A DNA stretch of 64,000 bases from an uncultured Oligoflexales bacterium (GTDB taxonomy: Bacteria > Bdellovibrionota_B > Oligoflexia > Oligoflexales > CAZZCU01). The notes beneath the pieces are model-generated. The model ran no database searches and had not been told where the DNA came from. It was given only the letters and a program-made list of their open reading frames with translations. Below are positions 56,612 to 64,000 of this stretch, one piece after another. Location: NCBI GenBank assembly GCA_964652825.1, contig CAZZCU010000002.1, positions 33,369-97,368 of the forward strand. The letters run 5' to 3'. The number at the start of each line of letters is the position of its first letter. Within the stretch, counting starts at the first letter, position 1. The translations under genes and the position numbers were made by a program.

Positions 56612-57238
56612 TTAAAACCTGAAACCAACACCAACTCTAACTGCGGCCGGGCCGTGACTGGCCAGGTACAAATCGGTACGGGTTCTCTTGACTTCAGTAC
56701 TGGTCGTCACACCAGCGGTAGTGGTGGTTGTGGTTTCAGTTTCCGTGGCGAATAAAGCGCTTTCAAAAATCTGTACTTCGGTATCCAGAAAAAGATTGGG
56801 ATCAAGATTAAAGCGAAAACCCGTGGAGCCGTAGTAAAACAAACCACTGGTCTCGACTTCCCGCACGCTGACACCGGCGGAAGCGGTATTGTCAGCTTTA
56901 TAACCGCCATAGAGGCTCAAAAACGGCGTCACGCTAACGGAAAATGCTGGAAAGTAATAACGCACACCACCCAGCAACGCCAGACTGGTGGAATTGTCTG
57001 GTGACGGTGAGCCCGAGTAGGAACGTAGGGTCAAATTAGCCTGACCAAACCAATGCATGACATCATCCAACGGCTCAGCATAACGCAAACCGACTCCCAT
57101 CGTCGATGTGCCCACCGTATTACCACCGGCTTTGGTTTTCTCGGATTGATAAAGACCGGAGATCATGCTGATCTCGCCTGCATAAGCTACACTCAACGAC
57201 TGCAAACCAATGATCAGACTCAAAACTACTTTCCACAT
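56612..57238 (-). CDS. small outer-membrane beta-barrel protein
   Basis: The start at Met-25 of the ORF (MWKVVLSLIIGLQSLSVAYA) has a GGAGAG Shine-Dalgarno. The C-terminus is ...VGVGFRF. Confidence 0.65.
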   Translation of the reverse strand: MWKVVLSLIIGLQSLSVAYAGEISMISGLYQSEKTKAGGNTVGTSTMGVGLRYAEPLDDVMHWFGQANLTLRSYSGSPSPDNSTSLALLGGVRYYFPAFSVSVTPFLSLYGGYKADNTASAGVSVREVETSGLFYYGSTGFRFNLDPNLFLDTEVQIFESALFATETETTTTTTAGVTTSTEVKRTRTDLYLASHGPAAVRVGVGFRF

Positions 57239-57418
57239 ATGCTCTCCAACCTCCGGAAATTTCTGAATGAACCGACCGGGGAGTGTCGCTAACTTCCCAT
57301 GATAAGGCAAGAGAAACTTATGGAATTCACCTCACATATGGACATCATCGTCAAGACGATGCACTATACCGGTGAGCATGGATAAAAATATAAGAGTTAC
57401 GACAAGGAGGTCGTTCTA

Positions 57419-58015
57419 ATGATAGATTCGTCTTCCGCGAACAAACGGGAAAGTAAGACGCCTACAGGAAAGCACGTGGCGATGTCCGAGCATCATCTGG
57501 AAGTTCAATTCGTCGACCTGAGCCAGGACGAGACCGCTGATATGTGTGACATCATTCGTCGCAACCTCTCCGTCTTCGAGGAAGTCGGCTCGGTTCTGGC
57601 GGCGACCTACCGACGACTCGATGGTTTATTTGAAAATTATCAAGGCCCCGGCCTGCGCTTTCTGGTTGCCAAAAATTCCGCGAACAATCAACTCGTCGGT
57701 GGGGCTGGCATTGGACCACTCGCCGGCCTGCCGTTGTCAGAGGGTTACGGCGAAATCAGGGATCTAGTGATCGAGCCGGATTATCGCGGCAAAGGTCTGG
57801 GAGCGAATTTACTCAAAGCCTGTATCGGTATCGCCAAAGAGTTTGGCTACAAACGCTTGTATTTAAAAACCACGCCGCAGATGCAAAACGCGCAACGTCT
57901 CTTTGAGCGTTTTGGTTTTCGCGCGGTGATTCACGGCGCTGGCGAAAAACTGGAGCCAAAAACCGGCCTTCCATGCTACTACTTGCTCGAGGACTTGGCA
58001 GCCGTAACGCATTGA
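57419..58015 (+). CDS. GNAT family N-acetyltransferase
   Basis: AGGAGG Shine-Dalgarno. The acetyl-CoA motif is RGKGLGANLL. Confidence 0.85.
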   Translation: MIDSSSANKRESKTPTGKHVAMSEHHLEVQFVDLSQDETADMCDIIRRNLSVFEEVGSVLAATYRRLDGLFENYQGPGLRFLVAKNSANNQLVGGAGIGPLAGLPLSEGYGEIRDLVIEPDYRGKGLGANLLKACIGIAKEFGYKRLYLKTTPQMQNAQRLFERFGFRAVIHGAGEKLEPKTGLPCYYLLEDLAAVTH

Positions 58016-58044
58016 TATTCCGCGAACGAAGAGGAGTTCCATTG

Positions 58045-58728
58045 ATGCTTTGTTCAGCACGCAAAAACTTTTTCCATCTTGGTTTTATCCTGGCGACAGC
58101 GATGTTAATGGCGCCTGCCGCGCATGCTGAGCTTGATCCCGAGCTGGCAGCGGTCGGCCCCAAAAATTCGCGGCAATTTTTCCTCGGCGGCAACCTCAGT
58201 TTCGGTCAAAGCTATGCAACCGGTGGTTCATCACCGGACATCGCTTACAAGTTCAGTGTTGAACCAGGCTTTGTGTTTCCACGCGATAGCTGGTCACGTA
58301 TCGAAGCCTCGTTGGAATTTGGCTTTGGCCAAACCGGCTACACCCGCACCGGCGGCACCAAAGAATCAGTTGATATGACGCTAGGTCTGATGGCGCTGGC
58401 AAAATTCGGTTATGGCGCCAGTATGGGTAGCGGCAGTTTTTTAGTCGGTCGCTTTGGTCTCGGCCCGATTATGAGTTCCTATAAAGGTCGCACCAATGCC
58501 GGCGCCGATTTTTCCAGCGACGATCCCATTTGGGGTGTTGCTACCTACTTTGGTGTCGACTTCATTGCAGCAATGAACGACACGGTGGATTTTGTCGGCG
58601 GACTTGGCGTCACGCACGCACAGTTTAATATCGACTCGGTAAAAATGGGCGGCAATACCGTTAATGTCAGCGAGGCCGTTAATTTAAATATTCCGGCCTT
58701 GCAGTTGGGCTTACGTCTAACACTGTAA
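58045..58728 (+). CDS. small outer-membrane beta-barrel protein
   Basis: The internal Met start gives the signal peptide MLCSARKNFFHLGFILATAMLMAPAAHA. The rest has Gly/aromatic alternating strands. Confidence 0.55.
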   Translation: MLCSARKNFFHLGFILATAMLMAPAAHAELDPELAAVGPKNSRQFFLGGNLSFGQSYATGGSSPDIAYKFSVEPGFVFPRDSWSRIEASLEFGFGQTGYTRTGGTKESVDMTLGLMALAKFGYGASMGSGSFLVGRFGLGPIMSSYKGRTNAGADFSSDDPIWGVATYFGVDFIAAMNDTVDFVGGLGVTHAQFNIDSVKMGGNTVNVSEAVNLNIPALQLGLRLTL

Positions 58729-58903
58729 AGAGGAACGATCTCCCGGAAAGCGGCGATTTGCTTATGGATTTACGCTCTGCGAGATGCCGCTAGACCCTTT
58801 GACCACCATGGCTTTGGACTGGCTCGCCTTTGCGCTTGATTTCCACTGCTATTTCAACTACTTTGCACCCCTCGAATAGACCAAGGTTTTTTGGAGCAAC
58901 AAC

Positions 58904-59080
58904 ATGGCATCGAATACAAGAATCGTTGAATTTCGCCGCAAAATGAAAAAAAGCAAAATGGGTGTTTGGCGCAAAAATAAACTACGTAAGTTTGGTTCAA
59001 CACAACCCGATCTTGCGCTCAACAAACCAAATGCTAGCGAGCTTAAGCAACTAAAGGCGAAGCAAGCCAAGAAAGCCTGA
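58904..59080 (+). CDS. candidate 58-aa basic small protein
   Basis: The sequence is MASNTRIVEFRRKMKKSKMGVWRKNKLRKFGSTQPDLALNKPNASELKQLKAKQAKKA. A GGAG lies 7 nt upstream. It ends 4 nt before coaBC and competes with the antisense ORF 58858..59094. Confidence 0.4.
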   Translation: MASNTRIVEFRRKMKKSKMGVWRKNKLRKFGSTQPDLALNKPNASELKQLKAKQAKKA

Positions 59081-59084
59081 CCTG

Positions 59085-60290
59085 ATGGGATCATCTGACT
59101 TACACGTCGATCCCATTTCCACTGCCTTAAGCGGCAAAACCATCGAAGTTATTGTCTCTGGTTCGATCGGCGCGGTTGAGAGCGTGCGCTTTATTCGCGC
59201 GCTTCGTCGACTTGGCGCCACAGTCATTCCGTGGCTGACGGATGGCGGTGCGCAATTCGTCACTGAAACCGCCCTCAGCTGGGCAGCAGCACAACCGACA
59301 CGACGTAACTTCTCTGGCGAAGCATCGCACATCGCCACCGGTGATGCCTGCGTGATTGCTCCGGCCTCAGCCAACATCATCGCTAAAATCGCCACCGGCA
59401 TCACCGATACACCGGCAGCCGCATTGGCGACTTCGTATCTTGGTAGCAAAAAGCCGCTCCTACTCATGCCCAACATGCACGATAGTCTGGCGCAAGCGCC
59501 GACGACGCTACAGAATCTCGCGAAGTTGGCACAATGGGCAACTATTCTGGAAGCCCGCGGCGAAGAAGGCAAACGTAAATTCCCCGAGCCTGCTGTCGTC
59601 GCCGATCAAGTGGCGCATCACTTGTTGCACTCCCTGCGACCGACGGCGCCAGTGTTAGTAACGCTGGGTAGTACGCGCGGTTACATTGATGACGTGCGCT
59701 ATATTTCCAACCTGTCATCCGGCAAGCTTGGGAGTTTGATCTGCGAGGAATTGTATCGTCATGGCTATGCCGTAAGCGCTATTTGCGGTGCGCGTCAATT
59801 CAGCCCCGCCGCCTACACCGAACTCGTTACCGCTGAGACCAACGCCGAGATGTTACAAGCCTGCAAGAGCCGCATTGATCGTGGTATCTCGGCATTGATT
59901 ATGTCAGCCGCCGCTCTGGATTTTGTTCCGGACCAACAACACACCGGCAAAATCGACTCGAAAAATACCGAAGCACTCACTATCAAGCTGGTAAAAAGCA
60001 AAAAAATTCTCGAAGAACTCGGTGATCTCGACACTCCGAAAATCGCCTTTAAACTTACCGCTGGACTCACTCCGGCGGCCGAAGCCAAGATTGCGCGTGA
60101 CTATATCCAGACTTATGGATTGTCGTTATTGGTTCACAATCGTTTGCATGAAATCGGCCCGACCATACACAAAGCCGATATTCACTTCGCCGCACCAGCG
60201 AAATCAGCGGCGTCATCTTTGCAATCGCAAACAAAAGATGAAATTGCTAAGATCGTCGTACGGCATATACTCGATCAACATGCGCACTAA
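59085..60290 (+). CDS. coaBC: bifunctional phosphopantothenoylcysteine decarboxylase / phosphopantothenate--cysteine ligase
   Basis: 401 aa. The N-terminal flavoprotein part has GSIGAVES and PASANIIAK. The C-terminal CoaB part has NLSSGKLG and AAALDF. Confidence 0.92.
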   Translation: MGSSDLHVDPISTALSGKTIEVIVSGSIGAVESVRFIRALRRLGATVIPWLTDGGAQFVTETALSWAAAQPTRRNFSGEASHIATGDACVIAPASANIIAKIATGITDTPAAALATSYLGSKKPLLLMPNMHDSLAQAPTTLQNLAKLAQWATILEARGEEGKRKFPEPAVVADQVAHHLLHSLRPTAPVLVTLGSTRGYIDDVRYISNLSSGKLGSLICEELYRHGYAVSAICGARQFSPAAYTELVTAETNAEMLQACKSRIDRGISALIMSAAALDFVPDQQHTGKIDSKNTEALTIKLVKSKKILEELGDLDTPKIAFKLTAGLTPAAEAKIARDYIQTYGLSLLVHNRLHEIGPTIHKADIHFAAPAKSAASSLQSQTKDEIAKIVVRHILDQHAH

Positions 60291-60326
60291 GCATTGACCA
60301 TTCACTAGCGATCGTAAATCAAATCT

Positions 60327-61049
60327 ATGCGCTTCATTCTGGCGGTTTATTTTTGGACGCTTCTGGCACTGATAACCATCGTGTTATTCAGCGTCCTTTT
60401 GTTTATTCGGTTGGTAGCGTTACTGACGCGACAACAGCGTTACGATATCGCGATACACTGGATCGCCTCGCTTTGGGGCTGGTTACTGCTGAAAAGCGTA
60501 CCGGTATGGCGGCTGAGTATCGACGGTCATGAACATCTTGATCGTCGACAATGCCATGTCATTGTCGCCAACCACGAAAGCATGGCGGATATCTGGGCGG
60601 TGTTTTGCATTTTTACTCAGTTCCGTTGGTTAGCAAAATCATCGTTATTCCATTTACCCTTGATTGGTCCCGCCATGACCTGGGCTGGTTATGTACCGGT
60701 CAACCGCGGAGATCGCACCAGTCATACACAAGCTATGCGACAAGCAGCGCAATGGCTGCGCCTTGGCATCAGCATGTTCTTCTTCCCGGAAGGCACACGC
60801 ACCAGCTCGGGTGAGATCGGACCATTTAAAATGGGAGCATTCAAACTCGCCGTCGCGGAAAATATGCCAATCCTGCCGCTGGTCATTAAAGGCGCGCGCG
60901 ATCTGCTGCCAAAAGGCTCGCTACTGCCCGGACCGGCGCACGTGCGGATTCGGATATTGCCTGCGGTGCGACCTGCGGCGCGAGAAAGCATCGAAGAGTT
61001 CGCGGCCCGTGTCCGTCAAGTCATCGTTGACCAAGCAAAGATCATCTAA
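60327..61049 (+). CDS. plsC: 1-acyl-sn-glycerol-3-phosphate acyltransferase
   Basis: 240 aa with the HX4D motif (NHESMADI) and FPEGTR. Confidence 0.88.
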   Translation: MRFILAVYFWTLLALITIVLFSVLLFIRLVALLTRQQRYDIAIHWIASLWGWLLLKSVPVWRLSIDGHEHLDRRQCHVIVANHESMADIWAVFCIFTQFRWLAKSSLFHLPLIGPAMTWAGYVPVNRGDRTSHTQAMRQAAQWLRLGISMFFFPEGTRTSSGEIGPFKMGAFKLAVAENMPILPLVIKGARDLLPKGSLLPGPAHVRIRILPAVRPAARESIEEFAARVRQVIVDQAKII

Positions 61050-62410
61050 TGAGCATACGACGAGAGCTCAGACAAAGCCTGATGCTGGCGACGCCAATCA
61101 TTGTCTCGCAGCTGGGCATGATGCTGATGAATCTGGTCGATACCATCGTCGTCGGCAAAGTCAGTGCCGCCGCCTTGGCCGGCGTTGGTGCGGGCTCGGG
61201 TATGTTCTGGATGTGCGTGATTTCGGGTATCGGCGTGCTGACAGCATTGGATGCGCTGATTTCGCAGGCACATGGCGCCAATGACGTCACGACACGTGAT
61301 CGTTATTTTGTTTTGGGGCATCTCGTCGCTGTCGGCTTATCGCTCATCCTGACCCCCTTGCTGTATTTTGTCAGTGAAATTTATTATCTGATCGGAGCCA
61401 CCGAGGACGTGCTAGCGGTTGCCGTGCCCTTTTTGCAAATCATGAGTATCAACATACCATTGGTTTTGATCACGACGGTCTATCAACGGTATTGGCAGGC
61501 ACGCAATATCGCGCTACCGATGGCGCTGATTGTGATCGCGGCGAATATTTTGAATTATTACGGCAATGTTGCTCTGGTTCTCGGCGAATGGGGTTTTCCG
61601 CGGCTCGAAGCGATTGGCTCCGCGTATGCGACAACCTTGTCGCGCTTCAGTATTCTCGTCGCCATCATACTTTTTAGCTGGTTCTACCGCGACTCACCGC
61701 TACGACACGGAGCCGCCACCTGGCGCAATACGCGCGACTTCATTACCGCTCATGGCTGGTGGCCCGCGCACAAGCCGATTCTGGCGATCGGTATGCCCGC
61801 GGGCATGCAGATGCTGCTCGAAGTCGCGGCGTTCTCCATCGCCACAACATTAGCAACACGCTTAGGCGCGATCGATCTCGCAGCGCATCACATCGCTTTG
61901 ATGATCGCCAGTTTCACTTTTATGTTTCCGATGGGGTTTGCCGCCGCGGCATCTGTACGAGTTGGTCAAGAAGTCGGCGCTCGTTATCCGGCAGCGGCAA
62001 GCCGCGCCGGCTGGTTCGGTGTCGCACAAGGCGCCATCGTGATGTTGGCATGCAGTGTCATTCTTTTCGTTTGGCCGCGCACGATTTTCGGCTGGTTCAC
62101 TACCGATCCAAATGTTGTGCGCCGCGGCCTCGATATTTTATTTTTAGCGGCCATGTTTCAAGTCTTTGATGGAGTACAAGTCGCAGCCGCCGGCGCTCTG
62201 CGTGGTTTGGGCAAAACGCGCGGACCGATGTTCGCTAATTTGATCGGACACTATCCCATCGGTTTGCTTACCGGCATAATACTTTGTTTTTACTGGGATT
62301 TAGGCTTAGTTGGTCTATGGCTCGGCCTGAGTCTGGGCCTCTTTGTCGTGGCGACTTTGAATCTGGGTTTATGGCACATAGCAGCGAGAAAACTTATTAG
62401 GGTTTTCTAA
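61049..62410 (+). CDS. MATE family efflux transporter
   Basis: 453 aa with about 12 TM helices. The N-terminal LATPIIVSQLGMMLMNLVDTIVVG is typical of MATE/NorM. The start overlaps the plsC stop. Confidence 0.9.
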   Translation: MSIRRELRQSLMLATPIIVSQLGMMLMNLVDTIVVGKVSAAALAGVGAGSGMFWMCVISGIGVLTALDALISQAHGANDVTTRDRYFVLGHLVAVGLSLILTPLLYFVSEIYYLIGATEDVLAVAVPFLQIMSINIPLVLITTVYQRYWQARNIALPMALIVIAANILNYYGNVALVLGEWGFPRLEAIGSAYATTLSRFSILVAIILFSWFYRDSPLRHGAATWRNTRDFITAHGWWPAHKPILAIGMPAGMQMLLEVAAFSIATTLATRLGAIDLAAHHIALMIASFTFMFPMGFAAAASVRVGQEVGARYPAAASRAGWFGVAQGAIVMLACSVILFVWPRTIFGWFTTDPNVVRRGLDILFLAAMFQVFDGVQVAAAGALRGLGKTRGPMFANLIGHYPIGLLTGIILCFYWDLGLVGLWLGLSLGLFVVATLNLGLWHIAARKLIRVF

Positions 62411-62471
62411 TGCTTGCTATTTCAGGACTCGTTTAGTACGGTCCGTCCCGCACAAGAAAACGAGAAATCGT

Positions 62472-62498
62472 GAACTGTCTCTTTGTATATGCCGATAA
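62472..62498 (+). promoter_or_regulatory. sigma-28-like promoter candidate (perfect -10, weak -35)
   Basis: GCCGATAA lies at 62491..62498. The best -35 is TGAACTGT (5/8) with an N12 spacer. It ends 54 nt upstream of the 62552 start. Confidence 0.4.
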
Positions 62499-62551
62499 TT
62501 TGGTTCGGCGTCTCTACCAGGCACCTCAATGCCTGTCTATAAGGAGTATTT

Positions 62552-63103
62552 ATGCGGCTTGGTCTATTCTTAGTGGTATCCGTGCTGGCGGCGAACGGAT
62601 GTGGTATGCAAAATACCGCGACGCTGCTCACAGCAAAACGTCATGCCGATGGGCAAATGACCGACGGTCGTTTCCCGCAGCATCCCGATCCCGCCCTCAC
62701 CCCCGGCGAATTATGTGACGAACCCGATTCTCTCCGCCACCCCGAAAAAGTTCCTTATTGTGAACGCGATGTCGATAGCTCCACCAAACAAGACATTATT
62801 CGCACGTACGATCGCGAACTCGGATTTCATATCGGAGCGATGGAACGCGGTGAATTCAAAATCGATCACTTTATTCCTTTATGCGTCGGTGGCAGCAATG
62901 GCCGCGAGAATCTCTGGCCACAACATAAAACCGTCTATGAACATACCGACCGTATTGAAGATCAAGTTTGCCAGTTAATGCAACGCGCCTTGATGAAGCA
63001 AGCCGAAGTCGTGCAACTTATCCGGCATGTGAAATTCAACCTGGATGAGGCGGCGGGCGTTCAACGCGATTTGCAGGATAAACTGGACGGCCATAAGCGT
63101 TAA
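62552..63103 (+). CDS. secreted HNH (His-Me finger) nuclease lipoprotein
   Basis: AGGAG Shine-Dalgarno. Lipobox (LAANGC). HNH-like core DHFIPLCVGGSNGRENLWPQH. Confidence 0.7.
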   Translation: MRLGLFLVVSVLAANGCGMQNTATLLTAKRHADGQMTDGRFPQHPDPALTPGELCDEPDSLRHPEKVPYCERDVDSSTKQDIIRTYDRELGFHIGAMERGEFKIDHFIPLCVGGSNGRENLWPQHKTVYEHTDRIEDQVCQLMQRALMKQAEVVQLIRHVKFNLDEAAGVQRDLQDKLDGHKR

Positions 63104-63140
63104 ACCTGGCAAGATCTATCATAATTGCTGACCAATAAAA

Positions 63141-63164
63141 AAAGCGCCACTTTCGTGGCGCTTT
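63141..63164. terminator. bidirectional intrinsic terminator
   Basis: The hairpin is AAAGCGCCAC-tttc-GTGGCGCTTT, flanked by an A-run on the left and a T-rich tract on the right. It lies between the convergent HNH and flgE genes. Confidence 0.7.
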
Positions 63165-63188
63165 CTTGTTTAACTTATCCGCGTTCTA

Positions 63189-64000
63189 TTAGCGTTTCAG
63201 GTTCACGACTTCTTCGATCATGCTATCGGTCGTGGTGATCGAACGCGAGTTGGCCTGGAAGCCGCGCTGCGTCATAATCATATTCACGAACTGGGTTGCT
63301 AGATCGACGTTGGATTCCTCCAAACTCGAAGCATAGATGGAACCGCGTGTACCGGTTTGCGGACGGCCGATACGGGGCGGACCTGATTCCAGGGTTTTAA
63401 AGAATTGGTTACGACCGGCTTTTTGCAGACCATCGATGTTCTCAAAGGTTGCAATGGCAAGCGAAGCGAGCTGGCGCTGAATACCGTTGGTGTAATAACC
63501 CCGGATGGTACCATCCAATTCGATCTTCAAACTTTTCAAGTTACCGGCTTCAAAACCATTCTGGTTATGAAATACCGTTACTGATTCGGCAGCAACGGAT
63601 GACGAGGTACCAACACCATTGCCACCTTCAATACCGATATTCTGACCAAAATCGAGTTCAATTTCCTGGTTTGGCAAGGCACCGCCCTTGAAACTAACTT
63701 CGTTTTTGAAAGTCTCTTCGGACAGCAAGTTACCCAAAGAGTTGAAGGTCAACTCGCCAGCGGCGACTTCATGCAACGGCACATCCGTATCGCCATCCAC
63801 GACGTCTTTGGAGTCGACGCAGGCGCGCCAAGCCCACTTGGACTCGCCACTGGAGGCTTCGAGACGATTGTAATAAATCGTCATGTTATGGCCGCGACCC
63901 TGGCTGTCAAAAACGGTGATGGTGTTATTGAAGTTCGAGGTTTTCTCCGCTCGATTGACGTCGAATTCACTCTCAAGAACGTCAGCTCTGGAATCAAGAT
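63189..64000 (-). CDS. flgE: flagellar hook protein FlgE (C-terminal part; continues beyond window)
   Basis: The C-terminus ...NMIMTQRGFQANSRSITTTDSMIEEVVNLKR is typical of FlgE. The reading frame stays open upstream of Met 63884 to the window edge (...TVFDSQGRGHNMTIYY). Confidence 0.85.
   Translation of the reverse strand, partial: LDSRADVLESEFDVNRAEKTSNFNNTITVFDSQGRGHNMTIYYNRLEASSGESKWAWRACVDSKDVVDGDTDVPLHEVAAGELTFNSLGNLLSEETFKNEVSFKGGALPNQEIELDFGQNIGIEGGNGVGTSSSVAAESVTVFHNQNGFEAGNLKSLKIELDGTIRGYYTNGIQRQLASLAIATFENIDGLQKAGRNQFFKTLESGPPRIGRPQTGTRGSIYASSLEESNVDLATQFVNMIMTQRGFQANSRSITTTDSMIEEVVNLKR

Noticed and set aside
56109-56755. ORF-track entries 56109..56318 (minus strand) and 56450..56755 (plus strand).
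   Set aside because: Both have unconvincing composition and no Shine-Dalgarno. The short ORFs with Shine-Dalgarno sequences at 56245..56385 (plus) and 56440..56559 (minus), together with the 3' end of the outer-membrane-protein gene, explain the region better. Even so, the small ORFs remain only candidates.
60691-61284. A 197-aa ORF spanning the plsC/MATE junction in another frame.
   Set aside because: The region is fully explained by plsC and the MATE gene, both of which carry clear family motifs. The ORF is an Arg/Ser/Cys-rich frame artefact.
1-64000. I searched the whole window for CRISPR arrays, IS elements or transposases, integrases, reverse transcriptases, phage genes and rRNA.
   Set aside because: I found no regularly spaced direct repeats other than the intragenic HAMP repeat, and none of these protein families could be recognised in any ORF.

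Overview
This is a 64-kb chromosomal window from a flagellated Gram-negative bacterium, with about 50% GC by eye. I count roughly 60 protein genes and one tRNA-Thr(CGU). The taxon cannot be fixed from the sequence alone. The many secreted hydrolases, lipoproteins and small beta-barrel outer-membrane proteins, together with sigma-28-type promoters in front of hydrolase genes, would fit a Bdellovibrionota or deltaproteobacteria-like organism.

Recognisable housekeeping genes are leuS, smpB, coaBC, rdgB, plsC, pfk, mrp/apbC, grx, a yfgM-bamB pair, mlaE, an RluA-family synthase, tatD, mannose-1-P guanylyltransferase, a MATE pump and the 3' part of flgE.

I saw no rRNA, CRISPR array, transposase, integrase or phage genes. 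The only clear accessory module is a low-GC brnT/brnA toxin-antitoxin pair.

The observations most worth follow-up are:
1. A radical-SAM/SPASM maturase with tiny upstream ORFs, co-oriented with a CHASE2 histidine kinase and a translationally coupled degenerate CHASE2 pseudo-kinase (46.2-51.7 kb). It is divergent from a three-gene operon of unknown envelope proteins (42.9-46.3 kb).
2. A five-gene operon that couples a TM-less poly-HAMP hybrid kinase and a second hybrid kinase to a winged-helix protein and two DUF5985-like mini membrane proteins (1-7.9 kb).
3. An M4-like metalloprotease whose CTERM-type sorting-signal-like segment lies in the middle of the ORF, followed in frame by GTG, a signal peptide and a second module.
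4. Near-consensus FliA (sigma-28) promoters upstream of a cysteine-peptidase-like lipoprotein, the metalloprotease and a secreted HNH nuclease.
5. A 320-nt gene-free stretch with a 14-bp long-range stem, next to a promoter that carries an embedded palindromic operator.

All functional calls come from motif recognition by eye. No database search was run.
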